Position numbers and translations under genes: made by a program
Shown: piece after piece, positions 1 through 13,603 of the stretch
Position numbering within the stretch: the stretch's first letter is position 1
Layout: the number at the start of each line of letters is the position of its first letter
From: Octopus sinensis
Lineage: Eukaryota
Assembly (NCBI RefSeq): GCF_006345805.1
Contig: NC_043013.1
Location: forward strand, 47,182,001 to 47,246,000
Length of the DNA stretch: 64,000 nucleotides
Direction: 5' to 3'
Notes under the pieces: model-generated
What the model saw: only the letters and a program-made list of their open reading frames with translations
What the model was told of the DNA's origin: nothing
The model's database searches: none

Positions 1-216
1 TGAGCGAAAACACCTAAGCTCCACGCGGCTCCGGCAGAAGGTAACGGCGAAACTTCTGCTGATTCTTTCGCCACAACTTTTTCTCCACTGTTTCCTCCTG
101 CATCTTGCAGCTCAACTGCGACGGACCGGCGTCCCGTCCAGGTGGGGAACCTATACGCAAAGAAACCGCGAAGCCGGCCCTTATGAACCAGGCATGTCTC
201 GAGAAGGAACAAACAA
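1..216 (+). mobile_element. SINE family B, 5'-clipped by window edge, variant with V-SINE-like 3' module
   Basis: Shares 'gagcgaaaacacctaagctccacg...ctccggcag' with family B copies at 15117 and 26004; continues into 'ctgcgacggaccggcgtcccgtccaggtgggg...aacaaacaa', also seen inverted at 44030-44240. Confidence 0.75.
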
Positions 217-248
217 TAAAAAAGTGCACTGATCTGGCAAAAGTGAAT

Positions 249-435
249 AGTACCTGTATTTCAAAGGATCGGCCTCGTTACATTACGTGTCACGCTGAAA
301 CTCCCTGAACACGACATTAAGGGTACGCGTGTCTATAGAGTGCTCTTCGGCCGCTTGCACGTTAATATCACGAGAAGGCTGCTACGTTGATCAGGTTAGC
401 TGGAACCCTCGTCATCGTAACCGACGGAGTGCCAG
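249..435 (+). mobile_element. SINE family B 3' portion
   Basis: 'tacctgtatttcaaagg...gtaaccgacggagtgc' matches the reverse complement of 15128-15310. Confidence 0.75.
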
Positions 436-443
436 CTATTCAA

Positions 444-488
444 ACGCGCGCGCACACACACACATGCACACATGTTTATATATGTGCC

Positions 489-522
<34 letters not shown>

Positions 523-691
523 ATATATATATATATATATATGTGTGTGTATGTATGTACATGTGTGTATGCATATATGTGTATGTATGCATGTATTTAT
601 ATGTATATATATGTATATGTGCGTATATATATATATATATATGCATATTTACATAGAAACATACATACACATACTAACACATACCCATAAT

Positions 692-779
<88 letters not shown>

Positions 780-800
780 GGAAGAGACAGGCAGACAGAG
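444..800. repeat. Compound (CA)n/(TA)n/(TG)n/(GA)n microsatellite
   Basis: Directly visible dinucleotide runs. Confidence 0.95.
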
Positions 801-2244
801 AAAGAGTCATCATTTGCACTTCTGGTAACGGCTATATTTGGTTAATGAGTTGTAATTTGGACGAAACATGTCCAAAATTGTCACAGTGCTACTAGAAATA
901 CATCCACTCATTACCTTATTACCTTATATGTTAGTTTTCATTAATTTTAATTAGCGAAAAATCCGGGGTCATCTCCCTTACCTGTTTTGATCAGATTCTA
1001 TAACGAACAAATGATACTTTCATCACACTAGCGGTATAATTTTAATAAATTAATATCTCATGACTGTCTACATTTAATGTGTTAGCATATTTTTTATTAG
1101 ACCGAAATCCCTTAAATCTCATTCCAAATGATATGGAATTTCACAATAAGAATCCTTCACAATAAGGGGCTAATATTAAAACAATGTAAATTTCCAATTT
1201 TAGTTTCCTATTGACTGTTCTGTGGCTATATCTAACAACAGAAAATTGATCAATACAATTCTTGGAGTCCAAATGATATTGATATGCCCTTAGTTTTCTT
1301 TCCCCAACCGTTCGAAATTTAATTTAGAATTTTATTGGAATCTTATACAAAACATTGTAAAAACAATTCAAAATGGGCTGTGCTTGATTATCTACCAACG
1401 GTTTGTAAATTTGTGCAAGAGTGGGGTTAATTAGGTAAGAAAGTTGTATTAAATTTCTAGATTATCGCGGTTCATTAAGTCGGGAGTTTGACGAATTTGT
1501 CGTTTGTCTACTGTTATTTATATTTAGAGTTCGATGTTCATAGCTTAAGACGCAGATAATTACAGAATATTTTATTTTGGTTGCTGATAATTACGTGCGA
1601 AGGTGGAAACCGTCTAATTGTTTACATGTAATTATGTGAGAAAAATTAGAAATGTTTCGATTGGTTCTTCTTAATTGTACGGCGATATATACCATGTCAA
1701 CATATTGACAACGACTAATTACGTGCAAAACGAAAGCTTAGTTGAATATAACTGGCTAGGTTACAGATAATTCAATAAAAGTAGTTGTACAGTATCTCCG
1801 AGCATGTACTATTTATCGTGTAATATGCTTGACTATGTTTCCAAAAATTTTAGTGACAATTTATATATAATTTAGAAGGCTGTTTCAGTTAGCTACCTCG
1901 AGATATTCAGCTAACTTACTTCGTGTAGAGAATTTCACTTAGGATTTGGAGAGATAAATGAATAATTTATAAGCTAAATTGAGTGCCAACTTGAGTCTAA
2001 TTTATATAGTAATTTTAGCCTCTAAGTAGAATATTTAAAGGTATATTATAAGGATAAGTTCAGTTGAACACTTAGAAGTATACACCTTAATTACAGAACA
2101 GAAAGAAAATTTCACTAGAATTATATCAGTTAACCAGATGTGAATGTTATCTATGTAGCTAGCTAATTAGCTAACTATCCATCTAGCTAAATAGAGAGGC
2201 AAATGAATAGATAAATAGCCAGCCAGTAAGACAGCCAGAAAGGT

Positions 2245-2245
2245 T

Positions 2246-2316
<71 letters not shown>

Positions 2317-2359
2317 GAGAAACAGACAACTAGACGGACAGACTAATAGATGAATAGAT

Positions 2360-2457
<98 letters not shown>

Positions 2458-2480
2458 AGATAGATAGAGAGATAGATAGA
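2245..2480. repeat. (GATA)n and (TA)n microsatellites
   Basis: Directly visible. Confidence 0.95.
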
Positions 2481-2729
2481 TCACAAAAACAGAGTGAGAA
2501 TTTAACTTGTGCGTATGTCGGTATGTTTCCAAATAGGTGAAAAAGTATTGTTTCCTTAAATCCTTAAATCCTTAAAAATCTTTTAGCCCAAAGGCCTCGG
2601 TCATGCTGGGGCACCACCGCTGATGCGTTTTCAAATATCATTCTGGTTTGTATCTCCATTCAACATAAAACGCACAACGATTATGTTCATCGATTGAGTC
2701 TTTGACTTGCCGCCTCAAAAGTTGCGATG

Positions 2730-3009
2730 ATACATATACATACATGCATGCATACATACATATATAAATATATATGTATGTGTGTGTGTGTGTATATGAA
2801 TATATATATATAAATATATATATACATGTGTATATATATGTATATGCATGTGTGTATATATATATGCATATGTGTATGTATGTATGTGTATATAAATATA
2901 TATATGCATATATATATTTATATACACATACATACATACACACAAATATATGTATGGATGTGCGTATGTATGTATGTGTATATGTATGTGTTCATGTATG
3001 TATGTATGC

Positions 3010-3050
<41 letters not shown>
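2730..3050. repeat. (TA)n/(TG)n/(TATG)n compound microsatellite
   Basis: Directly visible. Confidence 0.95.
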
Positions 3051-3053
<3 letters not shown>

Positions 3054-3364
3054 CCAATACGAGGCAAATAATTTAGGAGGAACTATATGCGAAGATATTA
3101 CTGACTCTATTATTATCTAGTGTATCAATTTTAAAATGATAATAACAATATCAATAATATAGGCGAATGCAGGCCCCCAAAGCATTAAATAACTAAAGGA
3201 TTAAAATTTATCAAAGGATATACTAAGTATGTCTACCTGCTGGAGATAACAGTCAAAACTCTTATTTAAATCGCCGAAAAGTACTGGTGATAACTACAGA
3301 AATCAACAGTCTGCGGGCAAACGGGCTAGGACAATCTCTCAACATAAATTCAGGTATTTGAACT

Positions 3365-3417
3365 CACGCGGATCGGTTTATGGTCTAGTATTATAGCCCC
3401 ACCTTCCTCAGCGCGCG
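3365..3417 (-). ncRNA. Degenerate minimal type I hammerhead ribozyme
   Basis: Minus strand cgcgcg-CTGAGGA-aggt...acca-TAAA-ccga-TC-cgcgtg; 6 bp stem I, but core G12 is T and stem III is broken. Confidence 0.45.
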
Positions 3418-3688
3418 TTAGTATGTCCTATGCTTAACTTTAATCATCCAGCTATTTAATGCTTTTTGGGCCTGCAATCGCCTATGCTATTGATTCTGTT
3501 ATTATCATTTTTAATTGTTACACTAGATAATAACAGAGTCAATGATATCTTCGCAAATATTTTCTTCTGAATCATTTGTTCCGTTTTGAAATTATTTTCA
3601 CACTAGTGGTTGCTATAACTTCGGCACAAACCGAATCAGTTGAAGCGCAGACTTCAACGTGACGGGTTGGGACTTTCCATCATGGTAA

Positions 3689-3741
3689 CGCGGGCTGAGG
3701 AAGGTGAGGCTATAGCGCAAGTCCGGAAACCGGTCCACGTG
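3689..3741 (+). ncRNA. Minimal type I hammerhead ribozyme
   Basis: cgcggg-CTGAGGA-(24 nt)-GAAA-ccgg-TC-cacgtg; intact core, palindromic stem III (ACCGGT), GUC triplet, stem I with one mismatch. Confidence 0.6.
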
Positions 3742-3949
3742 AGTCCAAATACTTGAATGTATGTTAAGATATTGTACTAGCCCGTTTGCCCGCAGACGGT
3801 GGATTTCTGTAGTTACCACCAGTTTTTTTCAGCGGTTTAAATAAGAATTTTCACTGTTATTTCCAGCTGGTAGACATACTTATTATTCCTTTGATTAATT
3901 TTAATTCTTCTGCTATATATAAATTATTTCAAGGATATAAATACCTCTT

Positions 3950-4360
3950 AAATGGATGTCAGCATCCAAATTCCTCGGTCTTATCCAGTGTATAAGTGAA
4001 ATACTAAAAGATGTTAGCTTTACATTGATAGATATATCCAATTTATTAATTCAAATTCGAAAAATTAAATGAAAGATTCATATAGGATTATAACTTATTG
4101 AACATTTCGCCAGGGTCAGAACTTGGTAGAAAAAAGAAACTACATCCCAATGTGTTGCCTAAACGATATTTTGATACAGTTAATTGTAATTGAAAACATG
4201 TATTCCTAGGTTTTTAAAATACATTAGAATGCACAAGAGCACATATCTGAATTTAAAGATTAGTCTACCAATGATATATCAACACATTGGGATATAGTTC
4301 CCTTTTCGATCAATTTCTGACCCTGACGAAATTGGCGATGGAAACAATTGTAGGTTCTAT
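3950..4360 (+). mobile_element. Decayed Penelope-like element 3' region
   Basis: ~3982-4060 reads YPVYK*NTKRC*LYIDRYIQF, resembling the Cys-rich motif before GIY-YIG in Neptune-type PLEs; a hammerhead motif follows at 4319. Confidence 0.4.
4319..4356 (+). ncRNA. Minimal type I hammerhead ribozyme
   Basis: gacc-CTGACGA-aattggcgatg-GAAA-caattg-TA-ggtt; palindromic stem III (ACAATTGT), GUA triplet, 4 bp stem I, weak stem II. Confidence 0.55.
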
Positions 4361-5013
4361 GAGTTTGATATTGTTCGAATGGTTTAGGTATTTATATGGG
4401 TTTTTTTCAGAAAGAGTGTACATTCTTTTACCGTTTTTGCAACTGTCGGAGTGTTGTCATGTAAATTATCTACCGGAAGTTTGTTCAATTCCTTCCTTCT
4501 AAATTTACAAATACCTTTTGAATATACTCTAGGTGTGGCCGATGAGTTGTTCTGCCAGATGAAAGTATTCTCTAAAATCACACACTACAACACTCACAAT
4601 TATAATATATTTGGTATACATTTCACTCACAATCCCCTTTTCTTTTTCAGACTTAAAATAATTATGTTTAAGCCTCGACAAGACAGGGACAATGTAGTTA
4701 CTGTGTCAGCAATTATAATATGATACAGACTGGCCAAATGGTGAAATTTAAGTGAACTGTATCCTCGTTTTATTTTTTTTCGGTGGTAAGGATTGTAATT
4801 ATTCAATAAAATGAATGTTATTACTTTTCGAATCATACAGAAAATGGCAGTGTGTCAGTGTGTCCCACACATTCTTGTAGTTATTCAGACAGAGTTCTAC
4901 ACAGGTTTAGCCAATGAGTTTGTAATCACGAGGTTTGGGTCGGATCGACGCGATCCCAGATCACACCTATGCAGTGGAATCGAGATCGGAACGTTATGAT
5001 TGTAAAGATATCA

Positions 5014-5164
5014 TTTTCAGTTTCCGTCTACCAAATCCACTCACAAGGCTTTGGTCGACCCGAGGCTATAGTAGAAGACACTTGCCCAAAGTGACACACA
5101 GCGGGCCTGAACCCAGCACCCTATGGTTGGGAATGAAGTTTCTTACCACACAGCCACTCCTGCG
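5014..5164 (-). mobile_element. SINE family A, 5' half
   Basis: Matches head and body of the copy at 5881-6291. Confidence 0.8.
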
Positions 5165-5880
5165 ATTATGCACTTAATTTTGAAATCTTATTGTTTTTGT
5201 AATTAGGATATAATTTTCCCCCAAGGTATTGTAACTTTTTCAGCCCTATATTTTGCTTTTTTCGTTGGTCTTCTTCCGTTTTTAGTCAGCTCAAGTATTT
5301 AAGTGAATCTTGTTTGAGAGAATTTAATTTTTTGCTCTGTCAATTAGATTCGCTATTTTGTCTTTTGCTTTTACTAGCCATCATTATTCTGCTATTTGCA
5401 GCAGTTATTTTCATTCCATATCTTCTTGAAGTTGCATCAAAAATGTGTCCCTTAATCTCTAGGTCCTTCATTTTGCTTTATTACATCACTGTCATTGATA
5501 TAAAAAAAAGGACGACTGACTTCTCTGCCTCTCAGATGCCTTCCGCATTATATTTCCGAGAAACACATTTAAAAGATTTGGTGAAAGAAGACACCATCAG
5601 CTGGCAGCTACTGTTGTTTGAAAGGAGGTATTTCATGAATTTCCATCAAAACAAAACATTTTTTAATATTCATATAATAATTTATTGGCTGGGTGACGTT
5701 ACATTTTTTCAAATGAAGCTATGATGCCCCAGGGCACTCAGGTTTAAAGTTCTTTTCTTCACTCTTTGTCTTTAATTCTAAGAAGTTGTGATGAATACTT
5801 GACTGGTAGATGTTCTTCCTTCTTCGAAATCAACCTATCTTTCATTACGTACACACACACACACACACACACATACAAAT

Positions 5881-6291
5881 ACTCTTTTACTCTCTTTTAC
5901 TTGTTTCAGTCATTTGACTGCGGCCATGCTGGAGCACCGCCTTTATTCGAGCAAATCGACCCCCAGGACTTATTTTTTGTAAGCCCAGTACTTATTCTAT
6001 CGGTCTCTTTTGCCGAACCGCTAGGTGACGGGGACGTGAACACACCAGCATCGGTTGTCAAGCAATGCTAGGGGGACAAACACAGACACACAAACATATA
6101 CACACATATATATATATATACATATATACGACAGGCTTCTTTCAGTTTCCGTCTACCAAATCCACTCACAAGGCATTGGTCGGCCCGGGGCTATAGCAGA
6201 AGACACTTGCCCAAGATGTCACGCAGTGGGACTGAACCCGAAACCATGTGGTTGGTTAGCAAGCTACTTACCACACAGCCACTCCTGCGCC
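5881..6291 (-). mobile_element. SINE family A (tRNA head, CORE-like 'ccttgggcaag' segment, internal TA/TG microsatellite, (GTAAAAGA) tail), full length
   Basis: Minus strand ggcgcaggagtggctgtgtggtaag...gggttcagtccc (Pol III A/B boxes); near-identical copies at 12501, 16950, 33372, 48985. Confidence 0.9.
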
Positions 6292-6954
6292 TATGAATGC
6301 ATACCTTTTTGTTTATTTTTTCATTGTTGGTTTCTCTTTGAGTAAAGCAAACATACAGAAAAACCTCGCCTTGATGACTAATTAATCTAATTGAACGGTC
6401 GGTTGTACACTTTTTGATGCTTGCTTCCTTACTTTGTTACTGCTATGACAATTGATTTTCTCCATTTATTCAAGCAGAAACGAAATGAAAAGTAAAACTG
6501 CTCAAATCAAGTCCCTTACAACACGCTTTCATATCTTCAGACTTATCTCTGTAAACAGGTAAAAGTTTAAATAATTTGAATAACTAAAACAACAAAAATA
6601 TTAGCGGATAAGGTCGTAGCTACCTCAATGAGCAACTCAGGTCTTAATAAAATATCAATTATCAATTTTGCTTGAACCCTTCCTCGCAATCAAAAGCGAA
6701 AAGAACATAAAGACATTGCGATTCTCAGCATTTTATAATGAACCAAAGAATAAATAAACTGATTCTGTCAGACTTCGTCAAGGAATTAATGAAATTGGGA
6801 TAACGGCAAAGGAATTCTTTAAAAAGGCTAAAAGAAAATACAGTGAAAATTTCAAATGAGTGGTGGGGGTGTGAATGGAGGAATGATTGAAAGGCATATC
6901 ACTAATGATCCAGGCTATAAGTGTTACCAACACAATCATTGATCAAGGTGACAT

Positions 6955-6988
6955 CATATATATATATATATTATATATATATATATTA

Positions 6989-7019
<31 letters not shown>

Positions 7020-7034
7020 ACATATATATATGTG

Positions 7035-7080
<46 letters not shown>

Positions 7081-7108
7081 TATACATATATATATATATA
7101 TGTATATG

Positions 7109-7188
<80 letters not shown>

Positions 7189-7321
7189 CATCATATATAC
7201 GTACCTATATACATCTACTCACAAATTTATGTACATATACATGCATATGTGTATGTGTGTGTATTCTTATGTAAATATGTGTATATGCATATACATATAC
7301 TTACAAATGTCTTGAGTGTAT

Positions 7322-7353
<32 letters not shown>

Positions 7354-7410
7354 TATAGATAGAGAGAGAGAGAGTGAGAGAGAGAGAGAGATGTGTGTGT
7401 ATATGTGCGT
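6955..7410. repeat. Long (TA)n-rich compound microsatellite
   Basis: Directly visible. Confidence 0.95.
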
Positions 7411-8242
7411 CTCTATATACACATGTAAATAGTATACATATACATATATGTAAATGTAAACTCACACACATTCATCTCTATATTTGTGTATTGTCTACAT
7501 AAACGTGTATAAAATAATACACATACACGTATATATATATATGTATTTACATGTGTGCATGTATATGTGTGTATATAGAAATCATTATATTAGTGAGAGT
7601 GCGTATCTGTGTGAGTATGATGTAGCAAGCGTGAAAGAGGGAGTTTGTGGATAAGAAAGCTCGATGGAAAGAGAAAAAGATGAAGGCGGCGCATGGCAAA
7701 TGACATTCACTCAACTTCAACCCCGCTACCACAATAGGCTGAAATAATTAAGAAAATAAAAATGGTCTAATTTTTGAAAGAGCGAAATTAGTCTTCACAA
7801 TCGGCTTTTCAATTGGTATTGCTCAATTAGAATTCATATTTCACTGTTTAATTTCAGGAAGACAGCAATAGAGAGAGAGAGAGAGAGAAAAGGAAGGATA
7901 GTGAGATAAAGAGAGTGTTGAGGAAGATGGGAAGAGATAACGAAAGAGAGAAAGGATGTGCAAGAAAGATAAGGAAATATTAAGAGATAAAGAACAAGCT
8001 AATAATAATGAAAAAATCACAGCCTCTCTCTGATAGAATATCGAACACTCCCACTAATGATGAATACAGCGTAAGACTAAATAAACCGAGGGTGATTAGA
8101 GATTGCTAACACCACAGACTCCATGACCGATCACACTAACTGAATACCTTTGATTCGCTCCTCACCCAGTCTCTTGTCATAAAACTAAACTAAATATTTA
8201 CTGCCACTACTAAAACTACTAATAATAATAAATATCTCTAAT

Positions 8243-8545
8243 TTTAGCACGAGGCCAGCAATTTTAAGAGGAGGGCAAGTCGATTACATTGCCCCCTCCC
8301 CCGAGCGAAAATAGTACATATTTGATCAATCGGGAAGGCAATTGGAGGGATTTGAACTCAGAACTTAAAGGCGGGCCAAGTGCTTATAGGCATATTATAT
8401 GGTGTGCTAACGATTCTGCCAGATTGCCGCCTTAACTGCTAGTAATAATATTTTCTACTATAGGCACCAGGCCTGAAAATTTATGGAAGGGGTTTAGTCG
8501 AAATTACATCAACCCCAGTACTCAACTGGTACTTATTTTGTCAAT
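8243..8545 (-). mobile_element. Two diverged SINE family C fragments
   Basis: 'gatttgaactcagaac...gctaacgattctgccag' and 'accccagtactcaactggtactta' match family C. Confidence 0.7.
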
Positions 8546-8659
8546 TCTCTTTCTAGTGTTACCAAAAGCACCGGTTAGCAGCAATGGACTTGTGTGGGCT
8601 AGAATAATTCTAAAGTACTCATATTTCCTTGGTTTCATATATTTATAACTCCACAGTGA

Positions 8660-9860
8660 GCGCATTACTAACTCACTACTCTTTGTATCTCTAAACGTCC
8701 CTTCCGAAAATGTTTTGCTAGGGAATTAGAAAGATATTTTGAAATACATAGCCTTTTTGTTTTTGTCGACCTGTGTGCATTTGTCGACTTGTGTGCATTC
8801 TGCCGACCTTTTGTGCATCTTATGGTACTTTTCTGAGGGTGTGGGAACTTCTCAAACATTTTTATTGCATTTTATTAAGGCTCACACTTATTTTTCCCCT
8901 CTCTATTTTTTAAGATTTTCTTTAGGTTTATCGCTATTCCAGCAATTATTTGTTCTTTAAGATCTTCCTAGTTCCCACCCGTTCATTACAAGATGATGGA
9001 TTAGTGCACTGATTACTATGGCTGGAAGGCATTTATCAGACCGAGCACAAAGTGATATTATCCACCATTTCCGGATTTGTGTCTGAAGGCGATTTGGAAA
9101 TTCGGGCCTGCTTCTCTTGATATCTTTGCTGCTCTTTGCAGCTTTCATTTCTCTATTTTTTCCAGCTTTCCAGTATAAACTACCCATGACCAATTTTTCC
9201 TTCTATTGCATAACATCTTTTTTGACCTGCACCATTAGTCCCACCTCCTTTATCTCAGCATTAATCCAGTTTGGGGTTGAAAGGCACCTACACCTTCAAG
9301 GTAAGATCTTTTAAGTTCGTTATGCTGTCTTATGTCTATTTTTAGCAGACTTCCTGTATTCCATGCTTAACTGTACTTGGGTCATTTTTAAATCACTGGA
9401 AAGTCATTGACTCCACAAGGCTATGATTTTTATCAGTTAATTGACTGCTTCAATTTTAAAAAATGGTAAAATTCTGTCCTTTAGTCTCCCTCTTCATTTT
9501 CGTTCTTTCCTTTCAAAAAACAATTGTCTTTGTTGTCTTAAAAAACTTGTTCCTCGTCACCTGTTCATGTGGTTTTGCAGTAAATGTTTTTTGATTTCTG
9601 CTTTCCTTTATTGTTTCTTTTGACAGTTTGGTACTTGCCTCTGCCACCATTGTTTCTTCTTCATCTCAGCAAAGTGATGTTGTACAACAAATTGCTGGGG
9701 TCAGAGGAACAAGTCTTTATTTGTCTGTTTATAATACTAAATATAAATGGATTTTTGCTCCCATCCTTAGGGTTTTGGTTGATGGAGTTGTTGAAAGTAA
9801 AGTAAGTTATTTTCCTTTTACTGTTTAATTTGATATTTACCGTAGTATTTCGTTTTTTGC
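8660..9860 (-). mobile_element. Possible highly decayed LINE ORF1-like remnant
   Basis: Fragmentary minus-strand peptides (RKSAKIDIR, NWINAEIK, ELG..RTNNC) loosely parallel the ORF at 44426-45061; many stops. Confidence 0.25.
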
Positions 9861-9885
9861 ATCTTTTATTTCTTATTTATTGTTA

Positions 9886-9930
<45 letters not shown>

Positions 9931-11029
9931 TATTATTATTGTCATTATTATTATTATTATTATTAATTAATTAATTAATTAATTAATTAATTAATTAATT
10001 TAGGCTTCAAGGCAATCATCTCTAAGATTTGTCTTAATACGAAAAATATAGTAACTATAAATATTTTCGCTCTGTTTTACCAGTTTCATGCCTTCTGGTC
10101 CGCTGGCCTCAAGTAGGTACAATTCTGATATGAATTTAGGACTTTCCAGAGTCAGGACGATTTACAATTATATTTGGACGTCCCCTAACCACACGCGCCT
10201 TCCGTCAACTCCACTTTTACCACTTACTCATACTAAAGTAACTAGAGTTTATGAATATTCATTGTGCCCGATATCTATAGCTGTTAACCCTGAATTTCTT
10301 TGCCCCATGTACAAGGACACAAATGTATAGGTCAAGGTGTTTCTATCAATTTTGTCTTTTTAATGAGACTTCAGTGAAGAAGGTATTGTCATACCTTTTC
10401 CTCTTTGCAGTTGAGAGATTGTCTACCGACATATCATTAAGTGTTTGTGCTAGCATATAATATCGTGAAGGATAATTAAATCTCGTTTGATTTTTACTAA
10501 ACACAGCTATACAATTGTTTTCTTTGCATACTCTTCGATAAACTATGGTGAAAAAAAAAATGATAAAAATGTTTCATCATACAAAACTTCTCCCACTTAC
10601 TTTAAACCGTTATGTTTAAATAGTCTGTTTTGTTTGTGTAACTGAGACAAGGTTTGCTTTGACACAACTTCTATATGAAAATTTTCAAACGCTGCTATGC
10701 TGTTGTTACTATCACTGTCTTCAAATCATCCATTTTGACTGTTTGAAATATTTTTTATGCATTCGTTGTTAATTTAAATGACCAGTTTTCGTTTGCTCAT
10801 TCAGTTCCGTATCTTGTTTTTGCATTGTCTGTTTTTCTTTGTTAGCTGAAAATATCATGTATATGAAAAAAAGAGAAAAGAAAAAAAATCTATGAAAACA
10901 AATCTTACAAATTCTCTACCCTAATTATGTGCCAGTTTTTGAGCGAAATAAACCTACACGTGTACATTTCAAGAATATTCACCACCACCGATGCAGCAAC
11001 CATCATCCCAACAACCACCACGAATAATA

Positions 11030-11213
<184 letters not shown>

Positions 11214-11685
11214 GGGCATATTACCAGTCAATATACACCACTAAACCCAGAAAGAATATAAGAGACGTCATGACAATATAGCAAGGATTGTCCTTTGAAC
11301 ACTTTGCAACAAGTATGGACTTGACAGAGCAAAATATTGGTAGGAACATAAACCCGATGGCATCATCGGAAATGATAATGCAAAGATGCTTTGGGATTTT
11401 ATGATTTAGTGCGACCATGAGATAGAGAATAGGAAACCAGACATAGTCTTTAGAAGGAAAGCAAACGATGCAGGATCATAGCTATGGCATGACCATCTGA
11501 CAATAAAGTATGCGATAAAGAAAGAAAATTCAATAGATATAACAGGTTAGCTTGGGAGGTTAAGCAGTTTTGGTCGCTGAAAAAGGTGGTAGTAGTACCA
11601 ATAATTCTCGGAGCCCTCGTAAAAGTGAGTAAAAATCTTGAGAAGTACAAGGAACAAGTAGGGGTTGCAATAAGTAGGGGTTGCA
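11214..11685 (+). mobile_element. R4/Dong-clade non-LTR retrotransposon fragment (restriction-like endonuclease domain), pseudogenised
   Basis: Translates QKEYKRRHDNIARIV..LCNKYGL..EHKPDG..NDNAKMLWDFMI*CDHEIENRKPDIV..RYNRLAWEVKQFWSLKKVVVVPIILGAL: RHD, WD, PD and GAL motifs of RLE LINEs; next to (TAA)n. Confidence 0.85.
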
Positions 11686-11687
11686 AT

Positions 11688-11941
11688 AAATGAATGATAA
11701 ATATAATATAATTTGATAATGTATTTTTACTTATTATAATATATTTATCATTCATTTTATACTTTTGAAAAACAAAATTATATATATTACTTGTTATTTA
11801 TGTATTGGTTTATGTATATCACTGTTTGAGTTGCATAATAGTGGTTTTATCTCTAATTTATATTTTATATATTTATATTGTGAAATTTGATTTAATACTA
11901 AATTGAATTTTTCCCTGTAAGTTTGGAGTTTACTCCCTAAT

Positions 11942-11946
<5 letters not shown>
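11688..11946. repeat. Unclassified AT-rich interspersed repeat at a microsatellite; contains a 19 bp-arm hairpin (11688-11757)
   Basis: 11830-11946 recurs inverted at 20545-20650. Confidence 0.6.
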
Positions 11947-12002
<56 letters not shown>

Positions 12003-12500
12003 TATATATAATTTGACCAAGCTGTCTGTAATTACGTGCTATTTCTTATTCATCAGGTACGGTTCGATGAAATCAATATGTTTCTTGTCCTAATATTTAA
12101 ACTGCCATTCGCTTAGTTGCCCTGCTTAACTCTGAGTTCGATTTGATTTTAATATGAGGCTAACGTTTATGCTTTTCCCTTCTTTTCATTTTACTACTCT
12201 AAATATTTATTTTCATAAAGTCAGTTTAATATTTGTAATCTGCTAAAGGTTCATAAAGAATTTGAGAAGTCGTAAAATGTATGGCAAAAATTACACACAT
12301 ACGAAAAATAAAAAAAAAAATTACACAAACCACAAAAATAAACATGAATGAATATTTACATAAATATACTTGCAGGAAATGAAGTATTAGTAGACTTACG
12401 AAAAAAAAATTGAAAATGCAAAAGATATTAAGTAAAACTTAATATATAAATAATATCAAATTTCACATTAGAATATGCAGCGAAATCAGTTTGAAACACG

Positions 12501-12658
12501 AAGTGGCTGTGTGGTAAGTAGCTTGTTTATCAACCACATGGTACCGGGTTCAGTCCCACTGCGTGGCATCTTGGGCAAGCGTCTTCTGCTATAGCCCCGG
12601 GCCGACCAATGCCTTGTGAGTGGATTTGGTAGACGGAAACTGAAAGAAGCCTGTCGTA

Positions 12659-12727
<69 letters not shown>

Positions 12728-12945
12728 TGTGTGTGTGTGTGTTTGTGTGTCTGTGTTTGTCCCCCTAGCATTGCTTGACAACCGATGCTGGTGTGTTTAC
12801 GTCCCCGTCACTTAGCGGTTCGGCAAAAGAGACCGATAGAATAAGTACTGGGCTTACAAAGAATAAGTCCCGGGGTCGATTTGCTCGACTAAAGGCGGTG
12901 CTCCAGCATGGCCGCAGTCAAATCACTGAAAAAAGTAAAAGAGAG
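12501..12945 (+). mobile_element. SINE family A, near full length
   Basis: Reverse complement of 5881-6291 with shared diagnostic variants. Confidence 0.9.
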
Positions 12946-13233
12946 CGAGCAAGAGTAATAGACATTGCATATGTGTTACCCAATTTATTGCTGTTCCATA
13001 CTACGCTACTCTTACTACAGCTGCTTGTTTCATTTGCTTAAGAAAAAAATCTATAATGATTTAATCGATTAACCAGGAGAAGGATATGAGGAGCGAAACG
13101 ATTCAATGCCAACGTGATATATTTCCACATGGTGTTGCATGAATCGTACGCCCATCTAGGTTCTGCGATTTCAGCAGGTCCAATCTTGAATCTGATCCTT
13201 CCGGTGTCAATATAACAAGTATTAATAATCGAT

Positions 13234-13603
13234 GGATCTTTTCGGTTTGAACGGCAGTTTTGTAAAATAATTTCCACGTAACTAAACACTTTTAAACTTC
13301 GTATACTGGTAGAATGTGTTTATAAAACATCTTTCTCTCTTGGCTTTATTAAGAAAATTCTATAATTTGAAACATATTTGTTGTTTTTTTTCTTTAATTT
13401 CTGCAATTTCAACCAATCAATGACGTCTATTAAAGTGAAAACATTCTGTGCCGTATGAATATGTCCCTCGTTTAAGAAACAGATTGGGTTTATTTACATT
13501 TGTGAAGAAAAAAAGATACCCTTTCCCCCACCCCTAACCCTAACCCTAACCCTAAAACATTGAAATGCAATAGATCGATACTAATTATGGATGACAAAGA
13601 TCC
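13234..13603 (-). mobile_element. TTAGGG-containing MITE, one TIR mostly deleted
   Basis: GGATCTTTTCGGTTTGAACGGCAG left TIR, right end only AAAGATCC; TSD TAATCGAT on both sides. Confidence 0.9.

Larger units (their letters stand above)
3047..3910. mobile_element. Old Penelope-like pLTR remnant with inverted and tandem partial copies
   Basis: 3047-3230 is a diverged inverted repeat of 3418-3596, and 3200-3420 of 3685-3905; both orientations carry a hammerhead-type motif; abuts a (TA)n tract. Confidence 0.55.

Noticed and set aside
9960-10000. (TTAA)n self-complementary tract
   Set aside because: Ordinary tetranucleotide microsatellite
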